A stretch of 64,000 bases of DNA from Eledone cirrhosa (Eukaryota). How positions within the stretch are numbered: the first letter of the stretch is position 1; each line of letters begins with the position of its first letter. Positions 1 to 14,415 of this stretch are shown here, in pieces. Location of the stretch: positions 291,834,001 to 291,898,000 of the forward strand of contig OZ024742.1 in NCBI GenBank assembly GCA_964016885.1, in the 5' to 3' direction. The notes beneath the pieces are model-generated. The model was given only the letters and a program-made list of their open reading frames with translations, ran no database searches and had not been told where the DNA came from. Made by a program: the position numbers and the translations under genes.

Positions 1-2955
1 CAGAGGGTTCCACTAAAAGAATTCTCTGGTTTCACAAAATTTTGGTTCTAATGTTCAACACAATTTCCAACTTGATGTCTCTAAGGAATATATGAGTGAC
101 CTTGTTCCCAGAAACTGCCCCTATATGTAGATTTATTGTTAATAAGATTTAACCTATGACACCAAACCCTCTGAAGTTGGTCATGGTTCCATGATTGAGA
201 GATTTTTTTTTTTAAGCATTTATATTTATGCCAAAACGATCCATCATATTTTTATAAAAAAACCTTTGTTAAGCTATATTCCACACACAAATTTAATAAT
301 GAGAAATTCATATATTACAAAATCCCTCAAAATTCTTGATTATTTTTAAAATTAATTAAAAATCATAGGTAATGTCATTCATTAAAAATATTATAATGAA
401 ATAATTTTATGCAAAAGCCTTTGTTAACCCTTTTGATATCAAATTGTCTGAAACTGCACCTCGTTCTATGATATAAAACTGTTTACAGTATTTATATTTC
501 TCTAGCTTTCCAACATAATTTAATGAAATAATGTTTATTATATTCCAAACACCAGCTTAACAGTGAGAAAGTTAGTTATAATACTAAATGCTTTTCAAAT
601 TCTTGAATATTTTCAAAATTATTGAAAATTATATTTCATTAGAAATATGGTAACAGAAAGACCCAACATACCTAATCTCTTTATTACTACAGATAAAACA
701 TACCTGGTTTATTTGTTACTGCAGGTGAAACATACCTGGTCTCTTTATTGCTACATGTGAAATAAATCATAATTATTTTGACAAAGCCTAATTTAGTAGA
801 ATACAGAGAGATGGGAGTATAAGAAATATATAACTGTAGCAGGTTTTATGGCCAAAGCTGATTCTAAAACCAGGCGGTACCAAATTACAGTAAACCATTC
901 CGCAACTGTTCCAGTAGTAAAATGATATGGCTGATATTGAAATAATAATGTAATCAGAGCTCTCTCATTAACAAATGAAATGACTTTATGAGTCTAGCTC
1001 TGTGATCAATTAAAGACAATTAAAGACAGAACCTTTATAATCTCCATGATTGAAGACCAAGACATCGATGATAATCTGGTGTTAATGGGTTATTTAATAT
1101 AAAATATAACCTAATGAATAATTAAAACTAACGATACATTGTTATAATTACATTGAGCTTCATAAATTGCTGCAGACATGTATGACATAATAAAAGTACT
1201 TTATATAAATGGAAGGAATAATTGGTTTCTAATACCAAACCATCTGAAACTGCCCTTGATTCTATGATACAAAACTTTCTTTTAAAGTGTTAATATTTAT
1301 CGAAAAACTATCATAATTTTGTGTAAGAATCTTAAAGTTATTTTTCAAACACCAAATTATTAATGAGAAAGTTAATTATATTCCTAAATCCCTAAATCCC
1401 TCTTGAAAATAAGAAAACAATAGGGTTTTATTATTCACAGTGAAATAAATAATGTTACAAATATGAAAGAAGTTATAAAATGATGGAAATATGATAAAGA
1501 AAGATAAAAAAAATTAAGTAATGAAAAAAGTAGAAGGAGTAAAGAAGGACAGATTTAGTTATGTGGGAAAGTAGAGGAAAGGATTAAGAATGCCATAAAT
1601 AAGAGAAAAAAGCAAGGACTCTAGGGCCACAGAAGAAAGGGGGGAAGGGGTTGATGGGCTCTGGGCATATGGTGGAGCAGTGTTTAGGCTGCACCCTGCA
1701 GACAAAACTGCAAAGGCATTCCTGCAGACAATGGCCAGTGAGTGACACATGCTGCAACAGCCACCCCACCTCACGGGGTTCCTTCCTCAGATGGGCTGCT
1801 GATATTCTTTGAAAATCATAGGCAGTCTCTTTCACTAAAAATATGGTAAAGAAAGGTTAATTGATTAAATTGAACCTAATACTTGATTGGTACTATATCT
1901 TAATGGCCCTGCAAGAATGTAAGGCAAAGTTGAACTCATCGGATCTAAAATTAGAATGTAAAGAGCCATAGCTAAATGCTGCAAGGCACTTTGTTTGACG
2001 CTCTAATGATTCTGCCAATCTGAAGCAATGAAGAGTAGATGATAAAGCATGGGCCACATTCTTCAGTTTGATTTCAGCATGTAGAGTTAGAAAATCAATT
2101 TCTGCAAAGTGTTTAAGTTTGACAACCCACTCAATATTTTTTTAAGAAATGGAAAGTAAATTATATTTAAACTTATGGCAAGAAGAATTTCTTTTTCTCT
2201 TTCCTCTTCTGGGTCACATTATTTCAAACCATAGCCTTCACTTCATTTGTTTGAGCATAACTTTTCTAAGGTGAGCAAAAACTATACCTTTGGTCGGTCT
2301 TTATTTCCCAAGTTAAAATTTAACTTTCACACAGAATCTGACCACAATCTTGTCATGAACCACACACAACCCAAAATGCTTTGAAGGCTGTTTAAAACTA
2401 TATGTTCATCAAAATTATAATTTGAGAATACAAATCAGGTTAAGTACTCTACATTATTGTTAAAGTTTGTAATTATTATTAATAATTCTCACTCCAGAGT
2501 TTCTGACCTTATGCCTAAACTAGAAATCATCATCATTCTTTAGAGGAAAGAGCCAACTTCTGTCATCACTAGCCATGGGACATACATCCATGATTGACTG
2601 ACCATGGGTTTGCCTCTCAGAGGTACAAGCCTGGGCAGAAGCACAAGCAGAGGCACAAGCATGGGCAGAGTTTTTTTTATGAAAGACCAGCAGTTACCTG
2701 TGCATTCATGTCTCTTCATGACATGGATGTTGTCCAAGCTTGGAACCAGTGTCCTTGCAACTCATTTTTTCCAGCTGAGTGGACAGAAGAAACATGAAAT
2801 AAAGTGTCTTACTGAAGGACACAATACACTGTCAGGTCCTGAAATTGAATCCATGAACTTATGATTGTGAGACCCTAACTCTATCCACAAAGCCACATGC
2901 TTACACACACATGTTTATGTATACAATTAAAGATGGTTTTTCTGAAGGGGATCAG

Positions 2956-2997
<42 letters not shown>

Positions 2998-4780
2998 CAA
3001 TTAATATACTTGATACATTAATAGAGAAGAAGCATATTCCTGATGATTTCCTGTGAGTGAAACAGTTCTAATCCTGTAGAAGTCATTTTTATAATATATG
3101 TGTGTATATCATCATCACCATTCTCATCATTTAACCTCCATTTTCCCTGCTAGCAAGGGTTGGATGGATCTACATAGTCAGTACTGAAATGGGGGTCACT
3201 CACGTCCCAGACAGATCGAGGGAGTCTGTATCCCACTTACATATAGCCATTACTAAATAAACCCCATAAACACAGTTTTTTTAAAAAGTTCAGTGAAAAA
3301 ATGATTATTGCTTATTGTGTCCCTAAAACAGAGTTATGTACTAATGTTACATATTTATCCTCTATTTCTGGCCCCGTGCCTAAATAAGAACCCATTCTTA
3401 TTAATATTAATTGCACCCCCAAGTTTCTGGCATTGTGCCTATGTTAGAAACTACTATTACTATTATCCTTAATATATTCTTCCAAGCTATGTAATAAATA
3501 CAGTACCACCCTTACCTTTATCTCAAATTTCCATAAGTCAGATCTAATATAACATATCCTAATTCTACCCCAGTCCTTCTTTCCTCCACTTTAGTATCAC
3601 TACAATACTTCTTTCTAAATCAACATCTATGTATTTACATTTCATTCCTTCCTACTCTTATATCACAGTCACCATTCTTGCTTCACTCAAACTGCTAATA
3701 CCAGGAACACTCAGCTATTACTCCTACCACTAAACTACCACTAAAACTACTACTATTACTACTACTCATTTCTCTCACTTGCAATACTAAAACTTATCCT
3801 TCAAGTTTAATGTTGTATGTTAAAAAATATCAAGACAAATAAATACACAAACCATATGCACACATCACACATACACTATACATCCTTCAAAAACACACCA
3901 TATATATCCACAAATATATTTGTGGGTGTATATGGTGTGGTTATATATCGTGGGAAGTTATTCACCTTGAATGTCTAGGTTTATTTGACATATATCACAC
4001 TTCACAACTAAATATGCTTGCTAGATTTCCAAAAATAATAATAATGATTGTGGTACTCTAACTAAAAGGCTGAGGAACTGCAGAGAGGTACCAGTAATAC
4101 CTGTAATAATATGATCGCTATGTACAGTCATTTTATGTTATTTTTGCATGGGTTAGCCATCATTCCTCTCACCCAGTCACTTTCAACCTTCCCCAACTCA
4201 CTCCATTTCTCTTCACAACATCCATCACCTGCTCACTTCCAACCTTCCTCAACACATGACCCAACCATCTCACTCCATTTCTCTTCATAATATTAAACAT
4301 TGGTTTTATTCCTCCTACTCGGTAAATTCCATCTTTCCTCAACACTCAACCTATCTCACTCCATGTCTCTTCACAACATCTATTACTAGCTCTATCCTCA
4401 TCACCCAGTTATTTTCATTCTTCCTCAACATATGACCCAATTATCCTATTCCCTTTCAATCTACAATATTTATCCCTGGCTCTATTCCAATCAATAACCA
4501 TACCATTATTATAGATCAGGATTGACCTGGGGCTATAACACAGCAACTAATTTAGTCTTTAACAAGTACAACAGTCTTCATCATCCTCCTCATCATCATT
4601 TAACAAGCATTTTTCCATGCCGGCATGGGTTAGATGGGTAGTTGCGTTATGAGACAAATGAGGTTCAAAACCACACCATGCTCATACAGAACTGTATTTT
4701 AGCTAGGCTTTTACAGTTGGGTGGTTGTTCTAACCATGTTACAGAGTGAACTGTATACTTCTTATTGTGGCACTGAAACA

Positions 4781-5048
4781 ACTACCTTACAGGGTGGACT
4801 GGGTGCTTTTTCTCATGTCACCAGTACAACCACCTTATAGGGTAAACTGGGTGCTTTTTCTCATGTCACCAGTGTGACCACCTTACAGGGTGGACTGGGT
4901 GCTTTTTCTCATATCACCAGTGTGACCACCTTACAGGTTGGACTGGGTGCTTTTTCTCATATCACCAGTGTGACCACCTTATAGGTTGGACTGGGAGCTT
5001 TTTCTCATGTTACCAGTGTGACCACCTTACAGGATGGACTGGGTGCTT
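4781..5048. repeat. 48-bp minisatellite, about 5.5 copies
   Basis: Unit ACCACCTTACAGGGTGGACTGGGTGCTTTTTCTCATGTCACCAGTGTG. Confidence 0.92.
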
Positions 5049-5870
5049 GTGTTGTGGCACAGGATAGGCATACAGGTTTAACTTAGTGTTTTTTGTCATG
5101 ACAACATCATTGTGGGAAATCAGATGTAGTGTGTGTCCAGCTTTCATACTTGTATGCATAGGTTGGGCAGGCAAGGTGTATCAGGGGATGAGGGTTTGAT
5201 TGAGGAGGGGGTGACAAGTAAGCAAGTTTGACATCCACAAGTTACAAAGGTGCATGGGATATTTAGTTGGTGAGAGTGGGGTATTAAGACTGGGAAGAGT
5301 GAATGGGGAGGAGTGAAGAGCCTATAATTTTTTTAATAGTTTTGAAATTTATCCAGATTTTGAAGGGATTTGGTAATATCAATTTCTTATTATTTATCTG
5401 GCATAACTTAATGACTTTTACATAAAATTATGATGGAAGGTTTTTAGATAAATATATAAATATAGTTAAAAAAAACAAAACAGTTTTGCATCATACATTT
5501 CAAGTGGTTAAATATCAAAAGAGTTAATAAATATTTCTTACATAGTTAAAAATCCAGAAATCTGTACAGGAATGATAAATCAGTTTTTAGGCAGGATAAT
5601 TATCTTGTTAGATATTCTACCAGTTCTTTCAATCAGCTATCACACAAAGATTTAATGAGTTTAATACTAAAATCAATTATTAATTAAAACAATAACAACA
5701 ACAGCAGCAATACTGAGTAAAAGAGAACTTTAAAGAAACTTAAATTTTCCAATAAAATCAATGCTGTTTAATTAAGAAGAAAATCATAAAATCATAACAC
5801 ACAAGTAAAATAAGCCAACTAGTATAACCACATCATGGTAGGAGATAGATGAAATAGTCTTTGAAATATG

Positions 5871-6085
5871 GTTTCTGATTTAGGCACAAGGCCAGCAATT
5901 TTGGGGGAGGGGTAAGTCGATTAAATCGACTCCAGTACATTACTGGTACTTTATTTTACCAACCCCACAAGGATGATTGGCAAAGCTAACCTCAGCGAGA
6001 TTTGAACTCAGAACGTAAAGGGCCGTAACTCTATGCTGCAAAGTATATTGCTCAATGCTCTACCAATACTGCCAATCCACTGCCC
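5871..6085 (-). mobile_element. SINE family A (longer variant)
   Basis: Same motifs plus a GTCGATTAAATCGAC segment. A similar copy lies at 14750-14935 (+). Confidence 0.82.
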
Positions 6086-7954
6086 TAATATAATTGTATA
6101 TGAGCTACTACTATAATCAAGTGTTTACAGTATATCATTAGGTCTTTTTCTGCTTCTCTCTTCCTCCCTCACCCACTTATTCCTGAGAGGGTCATGGCGG
6201 CAGAGTCCTCAAACAATTCTTCCAGCGGATCCTGTCAGAAGCAACCTTCTCCAACTGATCTGGCCGGAACCCCAAGAGAGACCAGCCAAGCTCATGGATG
6301 TTATCCAATCATCTTGCTCAGGGTTTACTCCATTAGGTAGTGGGGGCATGTTCGAAAAATATATTGCCATTTCCATTTTATATCACAAAAACTGGCAACC
6401 TGTCCTGGGAGGCGCAGGATGGATGCACAAAGATTGCGTACCCTGAGACCACAACGAGGGTTTAGAAGGGAGTAAACCTTGTATATCACTAGGTGGTTAG
6501 CATATTTAGCCCATTTTATCATGACATCAATACTAGAGGGATGCTTAATCTTGTTGGGAACATGACAATCTCTCTAGTGCTGGTACCATGATAAAATGCA
6601 CCCTGTACAGTCTGTAAAATAGCTGGCATTAGAAAGGGGATCAAGCTTTAGAAACCATGCTAAAAATGGAATGTGGGAGTAAGATGTGGTCCTCTCACTA
6701 TGATAGGACTGAGGCCTCCCATTAAAACACCCAAGAAACTTCCTATAAGATGCAACTTCATAGAAGGCCAGCTAAGCCTACATAAGTGCAAGCTGTAGAT
6801 GTTAACTTTTTTTTCAGTATGTACCGAGTGTATTTTATTGTGACACTAGCACTAAAGAGGTTGTCAGGTCCTCTGTAAGATTAAAGGGTCCTCTCAACTT
6901 CATATTGTTTGTTTGTGTGCTAACCACTTTACAAATGTACTGGATGCCTTTTATTATAACACCAATACTATCATAGAAACATTATGTCCTCAACAGAACT
7001 AAATATTTGCTCTACTCGATATTGTCTGATCATCAGCCACTTTACACAATGTATTGAATGCATTTTTTCATGGCACTAGCACTAACACTAGAAAGGTTAT
7101 CAAGTCCTTGATACAACTAAAGAGTCCCCCTCTTTATATGTTGTCTCAGTTTGATAGCTAACCACATTTCAAAGTCTATGTGGTATATATTATCTTGACA
7201 TCAACACAAAAGTGATTGTTATGTTCTCAACATGATTAAAGAGCCTTCTCTAAGATATATTGTCTTTGATAACTAATCATTTTTACATGACATCAACAAA
7301 AGACTGTACATCAACAAAAGATTGGTACATCTTTCTTTGCCAAGACTGTACAGCCCTATTTACCATACATTATCTGTTCAATCATCACTCACTTTATAGA
7401 GTGTATTGGGTGTATTTTATTATGACACAAACACTAGTGAGGTTGCCATGTATCATATGAAACTATTATTTTCTTTGTTCGGTTTACAAAACTGAAGATT
7501 TATATAACATATTTCTATTCGTGTTTCAACCAATTTCTTTGATGTTTATAATATTTTACAAAATAATGATTATTTCATTAACATTTAAATACCAAAATGA
7601 AAGCGATGAACCATTACAAAGTTACATTGCAACTTAATTTTTTAATATGTACAAATTTTTTATATGTACAAAACAATAATTAATCCTTCATTTAAATCAT
7701 ATACAATATTAAATTTACTTGGAACAGTTTTTAATCCAATAGTTCACAGATTCAAATCTTTGTGGGAGAGAGATAAATAGAAATATCCATGGCTCCAAGC
7801 TATAACAATAGACTTACTTCTTGGTATTGAGCTAAACCATAATGGAACATATGAGCTGCCTTGTCTCAGAATATGACAACCTATCTAAGTATGGAAAATA
7901 GACATTGAATGGTGATGCTGATGATGACGATGATTATCCCATCACTTTCTTTCT

Positions 7955-8187
7955 TTAACCCTTTAGCATTTAAACCAGCTGTAACTGGCCAGAATTCTCT
8001 CACCTCTTTCTGTTCAAACCAGCCGTAACCGGCCACTCATACTGATGTTAAGATATTGTTCTTAAAATAAATAATATCAAAATCTCATTGATTCAATATT
8101 ATGAGAGAGGATTATGTGAGGTAATGAATGCCTTTACAGTGAAAATATGATAGTAAATATAGAGTAATGTAAATGCTAAAGATTTAA
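7955..8187. mobile_element. piggyBac-type MITE family 1
   Basis: TTAA flanks and CCCTTTAGCATTTA terminal inverted repeat. Confidence 0.8.
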
Positions 8188-9346
8188 TGCTGAAATTCTG
8201 GTTTAATCAAAAGACAACCAATGCTACTTGTATGGATGATGTTCCAAGACAAAGGCCTGTAAGTATTTTGGACTTCTCTCTCATAATTTCTACATTTCAT
8301 TTCCTGTTTATGCTTTCGCCTTTCGCCATCTTCCTTCTCTCCCTGACTAAACAGTAATAAAGGCACATAGCCTAGGGATTAGGGTGTGGAACACTTTATC
8401 ATAGTGTAAAGGGTTTGATTACTGGACCAAGTAACACATTGTGTTCTTAAACAAGATGCTTCATCTCAAATTGCTCCAGTCCATTCAGCTGTAAACAAAA
8501 TGAATACCAGCAACAGGTAGGAGTTTAACTCTTTTGAGTCAGTATTTCTAATTAAATACACTTCCTTTCAATTAATTGAAAAATAATCTTGAGGGATTTA
8601 TTAAAACTTAATTATTTAATTACTAAGATATATGTTTCTTATATATAAATTTATGTTGGAAGATCTTAATTCAAATAGGAACCATTTAAAAATGGATAGT
8701 TTTGTTTCATAGAACCAGAGCTTGGTTTGTATCAAAAGAGTTAACCCCTTCAATGGACTGTCAACCAGTGTTTCCATGACAGGACTGAGGTACCTATCAT
8801 TAGAACACAAGAGAAACCTACAGAGAATAACCCTTGTAATAAGCCCAGCTAAACCTGCATAGTTGTGAACTATAACAAGAGAGGGGAGTCTTTTCATGAT
8901 AGGACTAGGGTTGCTATAAATAAAACTCAAGAAAACTTTTCTGAGAAACAATTTCATAGGCCAGCTAAACTGACATAAATGTGAGCTGGAACAATAACAT
9001 ATGTGTAATAGAACTGGGGCCCCTATCATTAATAAACTCAAGAAACATCCTATGAGATGCAACCAAGTAGGAGGCCAGTTAAACTCATATGAGTGGGCTG
9101 TAAAAACAAGATATATATGTGTTTATGTAGATGTAATCTCATAGGAGGCCAGTTAATGCTACATAGGTGTGTGGTGTAACAACACCATATGTTTGTGTGC
9201 AGGTGATAGAACTGAGGACCCTATCATTAAAAATAACTAAAAAAACATCTTAGATGCAGCCTCATCATAAGCATCCTTCAAAACTTCAATTCTTTCCAAA
9301 ATTCGCTAACACCACACCTGATATTCCCCCTCCAGACACATGCACA

Positions 9347-9349
<3 letters not shown>

Positions 9350-9420
<71 letters not shown>
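9350..9420. repeat. (GT)n microsatellite
   Basis: Directly visible. Confidence 0.98.
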
Positions 9421-9422
<2 letters not shown>

Positions 9423-9546
9423 TATATCATGACTCGTACACTGTTCACTTTCCTGACATTCGTACATTATTCTATGTACTATACATGCACCTTTGATGAG
9501 TTGTAGCGCACCTGAGCACTAGACAGAATAATTTTCATTATCATTA

Positions 9547-9746
9547 TTAACCCTTTAGCATTTATATTACTCGACTGTTGTATTTTTGCAGTAAAGGGTT
9601 TACCTCACATATCGAATGTACGAAATTTTGATGATGACATTTATTTTGAGAACTATACCTTGATGTTACTATAAGTGGCCGGTTTAAACAGAAAGAGGTG
9701 AGAGAATTCTGGCCAGCTACAGCTGGTTTAAATGATAAAGGGTTAA
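9547..9746. mobile_element. piggyBac-type MITE family 1 (opposite orientation)
   Basis: TTAA-CCCTTTAGCATTTA ... TAAATGATAAAGGG-TTAA. Confidence 0.82.
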
Positions 9747-10089
9747 ACCTACTCACGGTTCCAAAATAATGGGGGAGTTGTTTGAATAAGCTGTCACTTA
9801 AAATAAAATTTCACTGAAGATAGATTAGCAAAATTTGATGAGGGTGGGTGGGATAAGAGTGGGGAGGGGTAATCTGAAAGATTAATAGGGGGGGGGGATT
9901 ATTCAAGACCCAAGGGTACATAAATGTGAGCTGTAACAACAGCTATAACCATGCAATACTGTAGTGACCAAGTTCAATGTCTAAGACAGACAGAGAGAGA
10001 CACAGAGTATAGTATCCAACTATAACCATAAAATGCTACAGAAATTCAAAGTTTACAGGTTTCTATGTACTATAGTACTGTAAATATAT

Positions 10090-10285
10090 AATTGTTTCTA
10101 CTTTTGGCACAAGGCCATCAAATTACCCAGTACATTACTGGTACTTTATTTTATCGACCCCGTAAGGATGAAAGGCAAAGTTAACCTCGGCGGGATTTGA
10201 ACTCAGACTGTAAAGGGAGGACGTAACTATGCTGGAAAGCATGGCGTCCGACCCTCTACCGATACTGACAATCCACCGCCAATCC
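10090..10285 (-). mobile_element. SINE family A
   Basis: Reverse complement of 11765-11950. Confidence 0.85.
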
Positions 10286-11265
10286 ACCCACTGTAAATAT
10301 ATAATATACACATTTTTGGTTTGTAATAGTTGTTCTGAGCAAATGTTCTAAGAGGTGCATGCATGTTGAGGAAAAAGGAGAAGGAAAGGAAAATAAAAAA
10401 TAAAAAAATAGAAGAAATAGAAGAAAAAAGTAAAAATAAAGATAAAAAGAAGATAGGCAGACAGATAGGTAAATAAATGGACAGGCAGCAGAGAGGCAGA
10501 CAAACAAGAAAAAGAAGAAGAAACACCACCCTAGGCTCAGAGTTTGTCACCATCTCCCCTTCCCCCTATCTTTCTCTCATTGCCTAATAGTCCTTATTCT
10601 ATCCCTCCCTTTCTTCACATTTATAATCCTTTCCTCTACTTTCTTATACAGCTAGATCTACCCTTCTTTACACCCCACCCCATTTTTTTCATTACTTAAT
10701 TTTGTTTTTATCTTCTTTTTAATACTTCTATCTGTAATATAAAACCGATGAGAAATATATTAAATGAAATACAATGAAATTTACATCTTAGAACTATTTT
10801 GGATCAGCTGGCCTTCTATGATCTTTGATATTTTCATCATTGTATAACTTCTGTTTGTAAAATATAGTTGACATAAGAAAATCAAAAGTGGACAATTGAG
10901 GCTTTAACAGGATGGGGGGGAGATAGTAAGTCTACGAAAATGACCTGGCCTAACCTGATCTTTTACAGATAACCAAATCCAAATTGGCAGATTGAGAATT
11001 AAAATAATAAAGAAAAACTCAGGAATTCAAGTGTTTTCGCACAGAATGTTGTACTCAAGGAATTACTAACTTAAATATTTTTTTAATGGATCCCATCCTT
11101 TTCGACAGGTACTATCCTAGAACCAGATAATGCTGCAATCACCCCAAAATTTACAGGTTCAATCGCTAAGAGAGAAAAACAGAGAGGTATATCCATAGCA
11201 CCAATCTGTAACTATAGAAACCAGTTCTGCTTTATGAAACCAGTGAAAAGTCAATAAAGTGTAAA

Positions 11266-11294
11266 TTATTTTTCAATTCCTATAGAAATGGTGT
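11266..11294 (-). CDS. Possible terminal coding exon start (TPFL* in phase 0, or xTISIGIEK* in phase 1)
   Basis: Acceptor TCTGTTTTCCCATTAAATGCAG| followed by unique, non-repeat sequence to about 10950. No protein family recognised. Confidence 0.3.
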
Positions 11295-11764
11295 CTGCAT
11301 TTAATGGGAAAACAGATATAAACAGAATAGAGATAGTTTTGGTATTGGTTATAGGTGGGTCAGTGTGTGTGTGTGTGTGTGTGTGTGAGATTGATAGAGA
11401 GAGAGAGGTATCATGAGACACCCAGAGAGAGGGGAAGAAAGGCAGCATGAGACTCTCAGAGTGAGAGAAAGACAGGTGAGGAGAGAGAAAGAGAGGGGAG
11501 ATGATAGAGAGACAGAGAAGTGGACAGAGAGACAGAATCAGGGAGAGAGACAGATTAAGCACTACTCACAACTCACATCCTTAAATTCATTCTAAAGAAC
11601 TGGAAAAATTTACCTTTACCAACTTAAAGGAACTGATATCACAGATCCCATTCATTGACCACCAATGACACCTATCCACTACGTGAACACTCCTCTCCAA
11701 ACTCTTCCCTTTTTATCCCTATAAAGACCCACCAATTGTTAGCTCCCATTATTTTTTCATAGAT

Positions 11765-11950
11765 GGGCGGTGAATTGGCAGTATCGGTAAGGGTCGGACA
11801 TGCTTTCCAGCATAGTTACGTCCCTTTATGATCTGAGTTCAAATCTCGCTGAGGTTGACTTTGCCTTTCATCCTTACGGGGTCGATAAAATAAAGTACCA
11901 GTAATGTACTGGGTATTTGCTGGCCTTGTGCCTAAAGTAGAAACAATTAT
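11765..11950 (+). mobile_element. tRNA-derived SINE family A (Meta/Sauria-like central domain)
   Basis: B box GAGTTCAAATC, central GCCTTTCATCCTTACGGGGTCGATAAAATAAAGTACCAG, end GTAGAAACAATTAT. At least 8 copies in the window. Confidence 0.85.
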
Positions 11951-12268
11951 TTTTTCATAGATTATTTTTAACTACCAAACTACCTCTCTTACTTTTTATT
12001 AATCATTCTTTAATATCTAAATCATCTCTCTATATATATATTTATTACCCTTTCTATTTCCCTTTTAGAGTTTTAGAGTAAAGACTTCAATTTTGAATAT
12101 TACAGAGCTGTTTTGTACTTTTCAAGAATGAATGAGACACGGTCACCCGACCAACCTTGCCTCAAGTGGGACAACTCCCATCTAACCCATGCTAGCGTGG
12201 AAAATGGACGTTAAACGAAGATGATGATGATCTTGTTAATGCAGTCTCATGTGATACAGGATATTAAG

Positions 12269-13148
12269 TTAACCCTTTCATGACTACATTCCTGTCGAAA
12301 TTTCAAGGGATTAACTAAAATGATTAATTATTTCATTACCAAGATAGTAACTTAATGTAAGATTCTTATATAAAATCATGTTGGAAGATTTAAATTTAAA
12401 TTCATCATCATCGGGTCGAGCTTGCTCGGCTTTCTACGACACGTTTTCTCGATCCATCTCTGTCTCATAGCGTTTCCCAGTTCTTCCGCAGTGCATCCAG
12501 TATCGTCCTCAAGTTGCTTGACGTATGTCTTCTTGGGACGACCAGCGTTTCTTGCTCCATGAGATGGACTCCATAACAACACATCACCTGCTATTTCTTC
12601 CTTGCTGCGCCAACAGTGGCCAGCAAATCTGAGTCTCTGTCCACGTATTGACCTGCTGATAGGTGGTATATTGCGATAGAGATCCTTATTTGTTGGGTGT
12701 TCCCTCCAAGACACGTTTAAAGCAGCACGGAGCATATGTGTGTATGCCCCGTCTAGCTTTTTCTCCAGTTTCGACGTTAGCGTCCAAGTGATAGAGCTAT
12801 AAACACGCACAGATTCCACAGCAGCTCTGAAGAAATTACTTTTCAGTTTGGCCGGCAGGTTTGATTTCCATATTGACTATGTATTGAGAAAAGCACTGGA
12901 CGAAAATTTAGAGCTTGGTTTCACTCTCACAAAGCGAAAGTGTAGACGTCATGCAGCTCAGAAAATCACCGATGCTGACTATGCGGATGATTTAACAGTC
13001 CTCGCTGACTACTTTAAGGATGCAACATCACTATTTCACAGCATCGAATCAGTTGGAAAGGAAATTTAAATTGGAAACCTTTAAAATGGGTGATTTTATT
13101 TCATAGAACCAGAGCCGATTTTGGCTGGGTTGGTAACTAAAGGGTTAA
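12269..13148. mobile_element. TTAA-type MITE family 2, interrupted by a LINE; older copies at about 150-665, 8525-8744, 25374-25900, 26845-27074, 46680-46920 and 48450-48805
   Basis: TTAACCCTTT...AAAGGGTTAA ends. Removing the LINE restores sequence resembling 8650-8744. Confidence 0.7.
12403..13061 (-). mobile_element. RTE-like LINE fragment with 5' inversion, (ATG)n tail and 11-bp TSD
   Basis: Minus piece 12403-12872 encodes the C-terminus (RLRFAGHC, GRPKKTY). Plus piece 12871-13061 encodes the RT core (DYADDL). AAATTTAAATT occurs at 12392-12402 and 13062-13072. Confidence 0.88.
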
Positions 13149-13377
13149 ACTACATCTTACCATGAACAGGTTATACAGAATTGCCTTTATGTTGTTGTGG
13201 AAACTATTCAGAAACTTTATGGCATATTACCAGACAGAGAAAATGTTAAAACTGGTATTAAAAAAAAAAACAACAACAAAAAAAACTAAGGTTGGAGTTA
13301 CAATACATAGTCAAGGATCTACCAAACATAAATGTGATTAATTGATGGAAGCTACAAAAAGATTCAACAACAAACAT

Positions 13378-13597
13378 TTAACCCTTTAGCATTTAAACTG
13401 GCCGTATCTGGCCAGAATTCTGTCACCTGTTCAAGCCGGCCATAACTGGCCACCCATACCAACGTTAAGGTATTGTTCTCAAAATAAATATCAAAATCTC
13501 AGAGATTCGATATTATGTGAGATAATTATGTAAGGTAAAGTGTTTACCATGAAAATACAATAATAAATATAGAGTAATGTAAATGTTAAAGGGTTAA
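13378..13597. mobile_element. piggyBac-type MITE family 1
   Basis: TTAA-CCCTTTAGCATTTA ... TAAATGTTAAAGGG-TTAA. Confidence 0.83.
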
Positions 13598-14139
13598 CCC
13601 ATTTGATAAAATAAAACCATTGTTAGTTTTATGATACAAAACTTTATTTTAAAGTGTTTATTATAATCAACATTATCATCATTTATATGTCCAGTTTTCC
13701 ATGTTGGCATGGGGTTAGATGGGATGGTTTGAGAATATTTTATAGTCCTTCTTGATGCCCTTCTTGATACCAACCCTTTTAGTCACCTGTTATGACACAT
13801 AGAGGGATACAGTGTACATAGTCTAAAAGCCAGGATATACACAGTATTTATTTAAAAACCTTCCGCCATAATTTTATCTAAGAATCTTTTCATTATAAAT
13901 ATGATAATAAAAGGGTTAAATAAATAAAATAGCAAACCAGCTTTTTGGGGAAAAGAGGGTTTTGTGCACTTTACTGTTTCTATCAATTTACTCAGGTTGT
14001 AACAATCGGGAGTGGTGTATTGCTAATATCAATGTCTATAGTATTGTATTGTGGGTGTTGGTATGTCACCAGATACATCAACAAGATATATCTATAGAAA
14101 ACATTACAATTTGTAGATTACAAGATGTTACACCTCGTA

Positions 14140-14415
14140 TGACTACTATTATTATAACCACCATCACCACTACTAGTACTATGACAACAACCACTACTAG
14201 TACTACGACTACCACCACCACTACTCTGACGACCACCACTTCTACTACGACGACAACGACCACCACCACTACTACTATGACCACTACCACTATTAACACC
14301 AATACTATGACTATTACTACCACTACTGCTGCTATTATGACCACTACTGTCACTAATTGTTACTACTACTACTATTATGACCACTACTACTCCTACCACA
14401 CCCACCATTACTACC
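14140..14415. repeat. Degenerate (ACT/ACC)n trinucleotide tract
   Basis: Directly visible. Confidence 0.9.

Noticed and set aside
770-930. Minus-strand open frames after an acceptor-like AG, one faintly mariner-like (YWNSCGMVYCNLVPPG)
   Set aside because: Similarity too short, no TIRs or other transposase motifs, no convincing donor.
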